Position numbers and translations under genes: made by a program. Below, in pieces: positions 38,292 to 47,435 of a DNA stretch of 48,207 nucleotides. The first letter of the stretch is position 1; the number at the start of each line of letters is the position of its first letter. This stretch comes from Gemmatimonadota bacterium (lineage in GTDB: Bacteria > Gemmatimonadota > Gemmatimonadetes > Gemmatimonadales > GWC2-71-9). A model generated the notes under the pieces. It ran no database searches, was not told the origin of the DNA, and saw nothing but the letters and a program-made list of their open reading frames with translations. The stretch covers positions 1 through 48,207 of the forward strand of contig JBDHAB010000034.1 of the NCBI GenBank assembly GCA_039588295.1. The letters are read 5' to 3'.

Positions 38292-40966
38292 CGGCCGGTT
38301 CGGCCAAGGACCGCTGGTCCCGGATTCAGGAAGTCTTCCACGCGACACTGGAGCGCCCGGAATCTGAACGATGGGACTTCCTCACGGACGCGTGTGTTGA
38401 CGACGCCGACCTCCGTGCCGAAGTCGCGTCGCTGATCGCCGCGCACGAGGACGAAGGCCCGGTGGGCGATTTCTCCGAGCGCGGCGTCGAAGGACCCGCG
38501 CCGGCGGAGCGCATCGGGCTGTACCGTCTCATTCGTCGCATCGGTGAGGGCGGCATGGGATCCGTGTTCCTCGCCGAGCGGCAAGGACCCGACTACACCC
38601 AGACCGTCGCGCTCAAGCTGATCCAGGGTGCGGCGGTGAATCCCATGCTCGAGGATCGGCTGCGCATCGAGCGGCGCATTCTCGCGCGCCTCGAGCACCC
38701 TGGGATCGCGAGGCTGGTGGACGGCGGGACGACAGAATCCGGGCAGGCCTACTATGCGATGGAGTACGTGCAGGGTACGAGCCTCCTTCGCTATTGCGAC
38801 GAGCAGCGCCTGACGGTTGCAGACCGTCTCCGGCTGTTTATCGAGATCTGCGGCGCCGTCCACCATGCACACTCGCAACTCGTGGTGCACCGGGACCTGA
38901 AGCCCGGCAACATCTTCGTCACGAGCGAGGGACGGCCGAAGCTCCTGGACTTTGGCATTGCGAAACTGTTGGACGATGCGCAAAGCGGAGTGAGCGCCGC
39001 TCCGACCGCACCGTGGTTCACTCCAGCCTATGCAAGCCCGGAACAAGTAACGGGCGGCTCCGTGGGGACGGCGTCGGATCAGTACGCGTTAGGGGTCGTT
39101 CTCTTCGAGCTGCTCACGGGACGGCTTCCGTATGAGTTCGCCTCCGCCTCCCCAGTGCACATAGCTCAGGTCATCTGCGAGCATCAGCCTGCTCGACCGA
39201 GCGCGCGGGTGGTGGAAGTGCCCACCGTGGTGGCCGACCACGATGGGGTCGCCGCCCTCCGACGTTCCTCGCCGGAACGGCTTCGGCGATCTCTGTCCGG
39301 TGACCTGGACACCATCGTGCTGAAGGCGTTGACGAAGGAACCGACGCGCCGGTACCACTCGGTCGAGCAGTTCGCTGACGACCTGCGGCGACATCTGGAT
39401 GGCAAACCGGTGTTGGCACGTCCGGACAGCGTCGGATACCGCGTGTCAAAGTTTGTCGGACGCCATCGCATCACGGTCTTGGCGGCGGCGGTGGTCGTGG
39501 CCTCGCTCGTCGGCGGGATCGTGGCTGCAACGTGGCAGGCAACGGTGGCGAGCCGCGAGCGCAATCGCGCGGAGGTGGCACTCCGCCGGTCCGAAGGTGT
39601 CGCCGAGTTCGTCATCGACTTGTTCTCGACGGAGGACGCGAGCATGGACGTGTCGCATGCACGCGCCCTGTTGGAGCGCGGCCGTCGGCAAGCTGAGGAG
39701 CTCTCTGCCCAGCCCGAAGTCCAGGCCCAAACATTCGACGCCCTGGCGCGCGCGTTCTACAACCTGGCGCAGTACCAGGAGGCGGCCGATCTGTACACCC
39801 GTGCGTACGAGATCCGCCAGCACCTCTTCCCGAACGGGCACGTCGACGTGGCGCGTAGCTTGACCCGCATGTCAGACGCGGTGGGGCGCCTCGGCTTAGG
39901 GGACTCGACCCAGCGCCTCCTCGTGGCAGCGTGGCAGATGGAGCAGCGTCTCGGGCCCACAGCAGACCGTGCCGAGCTCGAGACATTGACGGAGCTCGGG
40001 CGTGTGGCGCGCGGGTATGGCCGGCTCGAGGAGTCTGACACGATACTGCGGCAGGCCCTCGCGGTCGGCAACGGACGTGTGGACCCCGACGATCCTCTGA
40101 GGATGGAGATCCTGCACCAGCTCGCGATGACCGCTCTCGGGCGCCGCGAGCTGGTCGAAGCTGAGCGGCTCTTTCGCGAGATCATCACGACCAGGCGCCG
40201 ACGCTTGGGCCCCGACGATCCTCAGGTTGCCGCCGCGATGGTCTTCCTCGGCGACGTGATGACCCAAGTGGGACATCCCGACCAGGCCGAGGCGCTCTAT
40301 CGGGAGGGACTACGCATCGCTGAGCAATCACTTGGACCGGAGAGCGTTCGCCTCTTACACGGGATCAACAGCCTCGCCTCCCTGCTCGCGGGGGCCGGCA
40401 AGGGGGACGAAGCCATTGCCCTCATGCGGCGAGGTGTACGCATCGCCGAACAGGCCTACGGTACCGACAACATCGCGGCCGCCCGGCAGAAGGAGAGCTT
40501 CGCTGGCGTGCTGCACCGCGCTGGGCGCCATGATGAAGCGGAGTCGCTCTATCTCGAGGTGCTCGATCACAAACGTGCCCTGCTCGGCGATTGGACGCTG
40601 CCGAGTACCCTCTTCAGCCTCACCAACATTGCCGCAGAGCGGCGGGACTTTGACGAAGCCGAGCAGTATGCTGCAGAGGGGCTGGCCATTCAGCGTGAGC
40701 GCGGTATGGAGGGACCAACCTTGGCGCATTCGCTTCGCAAGCTGGCCGCCATTCGGGTGGCTCGAGGAGCCTACGAGGCTGCCGAGGATGCTCTGCTCGA
40801 GGCCGTGGCGCTGTCCGCGCCGGCCGCGTCGCCCGAGAAGGAGCTCGAGGCCAACTACCTCGCCTTGTCGCGCCTCTATGATGAATGGGGCAAGCAGGAC
40901 CAAGCAGCCAGCTACCGCGCATTGGCCCTGCAGGGATCATCCCGTCCCTCATCCAACCCCCGATGA
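38288..40966 (+). CDS. Ser/Thr protein kinase with TM helix and C-terminal TPR repeats
   Basis: GTGA overlap with the sigma gene. IGEGGMG, VALK, HRDLKPGN, DFG and TPAYASPE, then a TM segment and many TPR-like repeats. Confidence 0.94.
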   Translation: MTAGSAKDRWSRIQEVFHATLERPESERWDFLTDACVDDADLRAEVASLIAAHEDEGPVGDFSERGVEGPAPAERIGLYRLIRRIGEGGMGSVFLAERQGPDYTQTVALKLIQGAAVNPMLEDRLRIERRILARLEHPGIARLVDGGTTESGQAYYAMEYVQGTSLLRYCDEQRLTVADRLRLFIEICGAVHHAHSQLVVHRDLKPGNIFVTSEGRPKLLDFGIAKLLDDAQSGVSAAPTAPWFTPAYASPEQVTGGSVGTASDQYALGVVLFELLTGRLPYEFASASPVHIAQVICEHQPARPSARVVEVPTVVADHDGVAALRRSSPERLRRSLSGDLDTIVLKALTKEPTRRYHSVEQFADDLRRHLDGKPVLARPDSVGYRVSKFVGRHRITVLAAAVVVASLVGGIVAATWQATVASRERNRAEVALRRSEGVAEFVIDLFSTEDASMDVSHARALLERGRRQAEELSAQPEVQAQTFDALARAFYNLAQYQEAADLYTRAYEIRQHLFPNGHVDVARSLTRMSDAVGRLGLGDSTQRLLVAAWQMEQRLGPTADRAELETLTELGRVARGYGRLEESDTILRQALAVGNGRVDPDDPLRMEILHQLAMTALGRRELVEAERLFREIITTRRRRLGPDDPQVAAAMVFLGDVMTQVGHPDQAEALYREGLRIAEQSLGPESVRLLHGINSLASLLAGAGKGDEAIALMRRGVRIAEQAYGTDNIAAARQKESFAGVLHRAGRHDEAESLYLEVLDHKRALLGDWTLPSTLFSLTNIAAERRDFDEAEQYAAEGLAIQRERGMEGPTLAHSLRKLAAIRVARGAYEAAEDALLEAVALSAPAASPEKELEANYLALSRLYDEWGKQDQAASYRALALQGSSRPSSNPR

Positions 40967-40990
40967 GTCCATTGGCCCAAAGGAGTGCCG

Positions 40991-41047
40991 ATGACCGACG
41001 AGCCTGACCGCCTCAACGCTGCGCTGCACGGCGTTTTCGAGCTGTGA
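40991..41047 (+). pseudogene. 18-codon N-terminal stub resembling the start of a Ser/Thr kinase gene
   Basis: AGGAG precedes ATG, giving MTDEPDRLNAALHGVFEL*. From memory this is similar to the M.D...RLNAAL.GRY N-terminus of Gemmatimonadota kinases. Confidence 0.45.
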
Positions 41048-41057
41048 TGGCGAAGGG

Positions 41058-41139
41058 TTGTCAGCCGTCAGCTCTTAACCCCTCACTCCTTCGACGAAGT
41101 TCCTTCCCGTCCCAAATCTCTACGAAGATGGCGCGTGGC
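41058..41139 (+). repeat. Possible degenerate att-like repeat copy F
   Basis: TTGTCAGCCGTCA...TCGACG..GTTCCTTCCCGTCCCAAA...AAGATGGCGCGTGGC keeps the arm-core order, with indels. Confidence 0.4.
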
Positions 41140-41196
41140 CGGGGGGGACTGTCACCATCATTTTGCCGGGGCGAGACGACACCCGCAGCTTCTCGG

Positions 41197-43071
41197 TCAT
41201 CCCTCAAACGACAGATCGAAGACCGACGAGTCGACCTCCACCCTGTCGCGTAACCGCTCGTGGACGATGATCCGGATCCGGTCGCCGTAGCGGGACAGCC
41301 GACGCAAGAGTCGCTGGAGGTCTGGACCTTGAGTCTCGTGGAAGTGGTCGATGTAGAGCGTCACGGACGACTGGGTCTGCCGCAGCACCTTCTTGAGGTG
41401 CCGCGCCGTCCGCGTGAAGAACCGGCAATCCAGCCAGCCACGCAGACGGAGTGAGACATTCGCCGCCGCATGCGTCACCTCACCCACCGAGAGCTCGAGC
41501 GCGCCGGTGGTTCGGTAGCGGTTGAGGGCCTTCTCCAGGCGCCGGAAGTGACTGCCGACACGCTGGAGCGCGGACTCCGCCTCCGCCTCGCGGAAGTGCC
41601 GGTCGATGTAGTCCCGCATCGAGAGTCCGATGATCCAGTCCTCTACCGCCTGCGGGACCAGGCGTGGTCTCCACCAGGGGACCGACCCAAGGAACCGCAC
41701 GAGTCGCCCCGTGCCGCCCCGAAGCAGACCGTGAAGGAAGAATCGGCGGGCAATGCCCACGAGCTCACTGAGGGATCGCGGCCTCTGCGACACGGGGTCC
41801 CGGAGATGGCGCAGCTTGCTCCGCACCCGACCCGCGATGCCGCGGTCGCTGAACAACCGCTCATGCAGCGCCCGGTATCCGGCGATCATCTCGGCGTAGC
41901 TCATCCCCTTGGGCGTGACGTTGGTCCCGAGCTTCACGTTGTCCGCGTTGCTGGCGTCCGGAATCAACCGTCCCTCCCGCTGGAGCCGCTCATACAGGGG
42001 TGTGCGCTCCAGCGCGGTGAGCAGGCCGATCATCGCCGCCTGGATCCCCGAGCGCATGATGAACCGGTACTGACGCTCGAACGTGTCCACGGTATCGTGG
42101 TCGAACCCGATGATGAACCCCGCGAAGACGTCGACGCCGTGGTCGTAGACCGTCCGTATTGAGGCAAGGATGTCCTGACCGGTGTTCTGGAACTTGAGCG
42201 TCTCCTTGAGGCTGTCCTCGTCCGGCGACTCGATCCCGATGAACACCCAGCCGAAGTTCGCCGCTCGGAAGCGCCTGAGGAGGTCCTCGTCGTGCACCAG
42301 GTTGAGCGACGCTTCCGTTCCGAACCGAAACCGGTGGCCGTGCTCTTCCTGGTAGTCCGCCAGGTACCGCAGGAGCTGCTTCGCGACCTTCTTGTTCCCG
42401 ATGAGGTTGTCGTCCGCGAAGAAGACACTCCGGGCGCCGAGCCGGCGCAGCTCGTCGAGTTCCCGCCCCACCTGCTCGAGGGACTTGGTACGGGGCCGCC
42501 GCCCGAACATCACGATGATGTCGCAGAACTCGCACCGGAACGGGCACCCGCGCGAGAACTGGAGGGTCATCGCCTGGTACTTGTCCACCTGCAGCAGGTC
42601 GAACCGCGGGACGGGAGAATCCTTGAGATCGACCACGCCCGTTTCCTGATACAGTTGCCTGGACTTCCCGAACTCCAAGTCGCGGCAGAATTCAGGCCAG
42701 ACGTATTCGGCCTCGCCGGCGACGACGGTGTCCGCCAGGGCCGCATAGCGGTCGGGAACGAGGGAGGCATAGCTGCCGCCCGCAATCACGCGGTGCCCTC
42801 TGCTCCGGTAGTAGGCCAGGAGCTCCTTCTGCCGCGCGAACTGTACGCCCATGCCGCAGATTCCCACAATGTCCGCCTTGGGGGCCAGCGGCAGGGTTTC
42901 GATGTTCTCGTCGACGATCGTCACTTCCCAGTCGGAGGGACAGAGCGCCGCCAGCGTGGCCAGGCCCAGCGGTGGATTGACGGTCTTGCGGCCGGGGAGA
43001 ACGGCGTGCGTCGCCCATTTGAAACTCCAGAAGCTCTCTGGGAACCGTGGATTGATCAGCAGCAGTCGCAT
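41197..43071 (-). CDS. B12-binding radical SAM protein (DUF4070-type) with extra C-terminal domain
   Basis: PPLGLATLAA and GEAE cobalamin-binding region, SRGCPFRCEFC, FADDN, FIGIES and GFIIGFD. Confidence 0.92.
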   Translation of the reverse strand: MRLLLINPRFPESFWSFKWATHAVLPGRKTVNPPLGLATLAALCPSDWEVTIVDENIETLPLAPKADIVGICGMGVQFARQKELLAYYRSRGHRVIAGGSYASLVPDRYAALADTVVAGEAEYVWPEFCRDLEFGKSRQLYQETGVVDLKDSPVPRFDLLQVDKYQAMTLQFSRGCPFRCEFCDIIVMFGRRPRTKSLEQVGRELDELRRLGARSVFFADDNLIGNKKVAKQLLRYLADYQEEHGHRFRFGTEASLNLVHDEDLLRRFRAANFGWVFIGIESPDEDSLKETLKFQNTGQDILASIRTVYDHGVDVFAGFIIGFDHDTVDTFERQYRFIMRSGIQAAMIGLLTALERTPLYERLQREGRLIPDASNADNVKLGTNVTPKGMSYAEMIAGYRALHERLFSDRGIAGRVRSKLRHLRDPVSQRPRSLSELVGIARRFFLHGLLRGGTGRLVRFLGSVPWWRPRLVPQAVEDWIIGLSMRDYIDRHFREAEAESALQRVGSHFRRLEKALNRYRTTGALELSVGEVTHAAANVSLRLRGWLDCRFFTRTARHLKKVLRQTQSSVTLYIDHFHETQGPDLQRLLRRLSRYGDRIRIIVHERLRDRVEVDSSVFDLSFEG

Positions 43072-43249
43072 GGCACCGTGAGCGATGGGGGCGCATGACC
43101 CGGGGGATACCTCAACTCACGCCACTCGCCCATGGGCTGTCAAGCGGGACCGCGTTGGGAGCAGCCTCCCGGTAGAGGGCCAATACCTACCGACTCCGCA
43201 GTTCCGCTGCCGTCAAAGCCCGCTCTCGTCGCTCTTCCCTTGGCAGCGC

Positions 43250-44695
43250 TTACCGGCGATTACAGGTCACCCCACCGCTGCCGCGGCTGCGCCAGACGCC
43301 CTGCAACTCATCTTCGTCGATCTTGGTGAACTGCAGGTCCAACAACACCGCCCCATCGTCCACCGTAACGAGCCGCGTCTTGGCAGCACTGCTGGCCGAG
43401 TAGATCACACGGTCGACGGTGTCGTTGTCCCAGGCGATACGGCCCCAGTAACGTGCCGGTGAGCCGCCGATCGTCATGCTCCCTCTGAGGGCCTGCTCCG
43501 ACCCGGTCACGACGACGCACTCAAACTCTCCAACTATGGCCGGGCCAGCCGGGCCGGGCGCCAGCGCCTCCGGCGCGAGAAACGCCTCCGTGATCAATGC
43601 GACGATGAGACCCCCGGTGGGAGCCTGTGACAAGTTTCCGACGATGGCGATGGCCGCTCGCTGTGGCGGCCGAGTCTCGAAGCCCGTCGTCCCACCGACC
43701 GATCCGCCGCCGTGACCGGCACGAGTGACAACGCCATCCTCCACAGCCACGCTCCAGCCGATCCCATAGCCCGTCGACTCGCCGGCATTCGTGGTCTGCG
43801 GCGTCCAGAACTCCGCGATCGTCCCCGACTTCAGCAAGCCGTCTCCGAAGTGGGCGAAGCCGAACCGTACCAGGTCGGACGGCGTCGAGAGAAAGCCGCC
43901 ACCTGCCCATTTGTAGCTGTTGTCGACGTACTGCGCGTTCACCACGCGGCCGTCTCTGTTGCGCTCATAAAAACGGGTTCGGTGCGGAATGATGCTGTCG
44001 GTGTAGTCCGCCACCGTGTGCGTCATCCCGAGCGGGTCGAACACGTTCTGCTGCATGTATGAGAGGAACTCCTCGCCCGACGCACCCTCGACCACCGCAC
44101 TGACCAGGTTCCAGCCGTAGCTCGAGTAGGAGAACCGATGGCCGGGTTCGAACAGCAGCGTGTCGTCTTGAAAGATCTCCAGCCCGTCACTGACGGTCTC
44201 GTAGCGCTGCGCGCTCAGCATCTCACCGCCCCTGTAGTGGCGGACTCCGGCCAGGTGGCCGGCCAGCTGGCGCGTGGTGACGGGCCAGCGCTTCTCCGGG
44301 AAGCTCGGGACGTACCGTTGGACCGGTGCGTCGAGGTCGAGCTTGCCCCGCTCAGTCAACAGACCGACCGCCGCCGCGGTCAGCGGCTTCGACACGCTGC
44401 CGATGCGGAACTTCGTTTCCTCCCAGACTGGGACCTTGTTCTCTACGTCGGCGTAGCCGAAGCCCTCCGCCCAGACGATCTGGCCGTCGATCCCGACCGC
44501 CACCGACATTCCCGGCGTGCCACTCTCCTCCATGACCTCGGTGACCAGTGTGCGAGCGAACTCGATAGCGCCGGTGTAGCGGGCCGGCGCCTGGGCCTCG
44601 GCCAGCGTGGTTTGTGCACGGAGCGAGGCGGGCGAGAGACCTAAGCAGATCGCCGCACAGATCAATGCGGTACGATGCGAACGCTGCCGATTCAC
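43250..44695 (-). CDS. Serine hydrolase, beta-lactamase/S12 family
   Basis: Signal peptide, FRIGSVSK (SxxK), YSSYG, AGGGFLST and GHGG. Confidence 0.92.
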   Translation of the reverse strand: MNRQRSHRTALICAAICLGLSPASLRAQTTLAEAQAPARYTGAIEFARTLVTEVMEESGTPGMSVAVGIDGQIVWAEGFGYADVENKVPVWEETKFRIGSVSKPLTAAAVGLLTERGKLDLDAPVQRYVPSFPEKRWPVTTRQLAGHLAGVRHYRGGEMLSAQRYETVSDGLEIFQDDTLLFEPGHRFSYSSYGWNLVSAVVEGASGEEFLSYMQQNVFDPLGMTHTVADYTDSIIPHRTRFYERNRDGRVVNAQYVDNSYKWAGGGFLSTPSDLVRFGFAHFGDGLLKSGTIAEFWTPQTTNAGESTGYGIGWSVAVEDGVVTRAGHGGGSVGGTTGFETRPPQRAAIAIVGNLSQAPTGGLIVALITEAFLAPEALAPGPAGPAIVGEFECVVVTGSEQALRGSMTIGGSPARYWGRIAWDNDTVDRVIYSASSAAKTRLVTVDDGAVLLDLQFTKIDEDELQGVWRSRGSGGVTCNRR

Positions 44696-44926
44696 GATGC
44701 GTTCCTCCCGTTTGCGTGTACTCTTATGTAGTGGTCGTTAGTGAGAAACGCACGTAGCGGATACTGCAGTGGTGTCTCCCTAAGCCGTCGGACCAGAAAT
44801 TCAGCCACATCTTCACCCACCCATCAGCCACGCAGGCGCTCAATGGTATCGGCCCTACGGCAGCTTCTGCCGACGGGTTTCACACGTAATATGCTAGAGG
44901 CAGCCGACTACTCGGCAGTGCGCGGT

Positions 44927-45394
44927 TCACGCTCCCTGCCCAAACATGATCAGAATGAACTCAAGAGGCTGCTCGAACCGGTTCCAGAATTCGTGGGCCA
45001 CGCCGGCCGGAATCAACGTGGCAGTGCCACCATGAATGTCCGTCTCGGTTCCACCGATCCGTGCCTTCCCGCGGCCTGTGAGGAAGATGAACAGGGAGGG
45101 AAACGGGTTGGTCTGGTCACGCGGATCGGGGTTGATGTGTTGTCCGGACTCGACCTGGTACCAGACGCTGCGCAGACCTTCGAAGTAGTGCAGCAACACG
45201 GCGTTGGCGCCGTGAATAACGCGGCTGGCCTCCCTGTCGAACGCAAGGAATTCGGGGAGGCCGCCCGGACGGAACCCGTGGTCGGGGAACGACGGATCGC
45301 ACGGGATCGGCCACACCGATTGAGCGCACCACCCACCCAGCGTCAATATCACGGCAGACGTGAGATGTTGGGCTTCCGAGCAGACCGCTCGCAC
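44927..45394 (-). CDS. Cupin-domain protein (start uncertain)
   Basis: The C-terminal FIFLTGRGKARIGG...LIPAGVAHEFWN is a cupin motif 2. Confidence 0.65.
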   Translation of the reverse strand: MRAVCSEAQHLTSAVILTLGGWCAQSVWPIPCDPSFPDHGFRPGGLPEFLAFDREASRVIHGANAVLLHYFEGLRSVWYQVESGQHINPDPRDQTNPFPSLFIFLTGRGKARIGGTETDIHGGTATLIPAGVAHEFWNRFEQPLEFILIMFGQGA

Positions 45395-45574
45395 TTGCGA
45401 CGAGTTGCCTGGTTCACCCAGCTTGGGGGTGCGAGTGGCCGGACGGCATTCGGGTCCGTCCTGCGTCTTCTCGCATCACGAAGGATCATACCGAGCGCGG
45501 GCGCTGGGAGCGTTCGTCGATTCCGGGCGATGCCGTGCCGGCGCGGCGGCGGGCTCCCGGATTAGGGGGAAACG

Positions 45575-47041
45575 ATGAACATCGGTAATGCACAGATCGG
45601 AATCGTCTTTGCGATCGACTTCTTCGACCAGTTCTTCAAGGCCCTCTATCGCGAAGGCATCCTGCCCAACCAGACGGAGACGACCGTACCCGGACCGACC
45701 GGTGACCTGCTCGCGACGACCCGGCTCGACCCTCCGACCTTCGAGATGGCGACCGATGCGACCTATACGCGATACCGGCTCACCGGGGAGGTCGAGTTAC
45801 GACCGGTCACGGACCCGACCGGTGCGCCCGTCCTGGTGCTTCCGCTCGATACGTCGGTACGATTGTCGTTGGTGGTGTTCGAGATCCCGAACGCCGCTCC
45901 AGTCATCGGATTGGAGTACGAAGGGGTCGACGAGCCACCCGCAGCACCCCTGACCGCTGCCATGGTCGATCAGATCTTCACGACGGATCCCGTCGCGACG
46001 ATGCTCGCGGACTTCGAGGTCGACACGGTGGCGCCCGTCATCGACGCCCTCGAAGATCTACTGTCCGGGGATGGTACACCGCCCGCACGCGACGCATGGG
46101 ACATTGACATCCAGCTTCTGCCAGGCGCTGGGGCCGCGTGGGACGCCGTGTGCGTATACGTGGCGCTTCCCGGGACCCTAGCGAGTCTTGGGGACGACTC
46201 AAGCTTCCTGCCCAGCCTTACCGAGTTCGGTCTGGTTTACAGCCGCCAACTTCTCGACTCCGTGTTCGCCACGGCTGCCACCGAGCAGGTGGGCACCGAC
46301 GCCAACGGCGCAACGATCACCCGCATGAGCCTCGTGATGGACGACACCGTCTTGCTGATCGACGGCGCCGCCGAGCGAGACGCCGCAACGGTGACCTTTG
46401 CCGGTCCGGTCGAGTTGTCTCTGATCCGGGGTACCGACGTGTTCGCGGTGGACACCTCGAATGTGGACGTGAGTGTCGATGTACCGTGGTACGTAGACGT
46501 GTTGCTGTTCTTCACGGGGCCCATCGGTGGTTTACTCACGTTCGGCCTTGGTGCCCTCATTGGAGAGGGTATCTTCGCCGCCACAGGCACCAGCTCGGGA
46601 GAGGTCCGTTCCGGCATCGACGCGGCACCGGGGCTCGTGCGCGGCGCGCTCGCGGGGACCTTGACCACAGAGCTCGAGGTGCTGGCCGAAGCGGTGGAGG
46701 TGGAGGGAGACTTCGGCGGCGTCGAGGCGATGTCCACCCCGGACCACAGCGTTACCGAAGACGGAGCGATCGGCGTCTACGCCCAGGTCATCGTCAACCC
46801 GTTTGAGGACCGTATTGTAGCCGGCCAGCATTCGAGCCGGCTCGACCGCTTTGTCGAGTTCGGCCTCGGCGGTGGCCGCCGGTTCAGCTCGGAGGAGCTG
46901 GCGCGGTTCGTCGAGGCGGAGATGATAACGACACCCGGCTACCACGATGTCCACCGCATGCGCGGTGGCGAGCGGCGATACATGCGGGCAGATCCTGACG
47001 AAACGCTTGGGAATAACCTGCTCGAGCGGTTCGAAGACTGA
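45575..47041 (+). CDS. Acidic hypothetical protein with C-terminal DUF3892-like domain
   Basis: AGGGGG RBS and a long ORF with coding-like codon use. The C-terminal RYMRADPDETLGNNLL resembles DUF3892, and there is one Gly-rich hydrophobic segment. Confidence 0.75.
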   Translation: MNIGNAQIGIVFAIDFFDQFFKALYREGILPNQTETTVPGPTGDLLATTRLDPPTFEMATDATYTRYRLTGEVELRPVTDPTGAPVLVLPLDTSVRLSLVVFEIPNAAPVIGLEYEGVDEPPAAPLTAAMVDQIFTTDPVATMLADFEVDTVAPVIDALEDLLSGDGTPPARDAWDIDIQLLPGAGAAWDAVCVYVALPGTLASLGDDSSFLPSLTEFGLVYSRQLLDSVFATAATEQVGTDANGATITRMSLVMDDTVLLIDGAAERDAATVTFAGPVELSLIRGTDVFAVDTSNVDVSVDVPWYVDVLLFFTGPIGGLLTFGLGALIGEGIFAATGTSSGEVRSGIDAAPGLVRGALAGTLTTELEVLAEAVEVEGDFGGVEAMSTPDHSVTEDGAIGVYAQVIVNPFEDRIVAGQHSSRLDRFVEFGLGGGRRFSSEELARFVEAEMITTPGYHDVHRMRGGERRYMRADPDETLGNNLLERFED

Positions 47042-47435
47042 CGGCGTCGGAGATCGCGCCGCGCCGCCGCGAGCGGCACCATGCAGCGGAAGCAAGCGTC
47101 TGCCGGCACACGTGGCACAAGCGCACCGCGCGAGCTGTGGCCTCCGCCTCGTCCGCGCAGGAACGCGTGGTGTACGGCAGGTCCTCATGTAGAAGTGTGG
47201 TGCGCGGGCGCTCACTCGCTGACCGCCTGGTCTTTCCAGCCCTCCCGTGGCATTCTACGTCTGGTTCTGTCACCTTTTGTCAGAACTGAAACCTGTAGTG
47301 TGGTCCACCGCTCCCCTGCAGCTAGCCGGTGCCGTTGTCATCAGCAAGGATCAGTAGTCCGGTTTCGGCAGCAGCACAGGGACCACGAGTCCTTCGTCAG
47401 GTGGCACGTTCGGAACTCCCGAAACGGAACTCGAA

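Noticed and set aside
43250..44695. Beta-lactam resistance gene
   Set aside because: The SxxK family is broad. YSS and HGG motifs plus a C-terminal extension fit a generic serine hydrolase/peptidase rather than a class C beta-lactamase.
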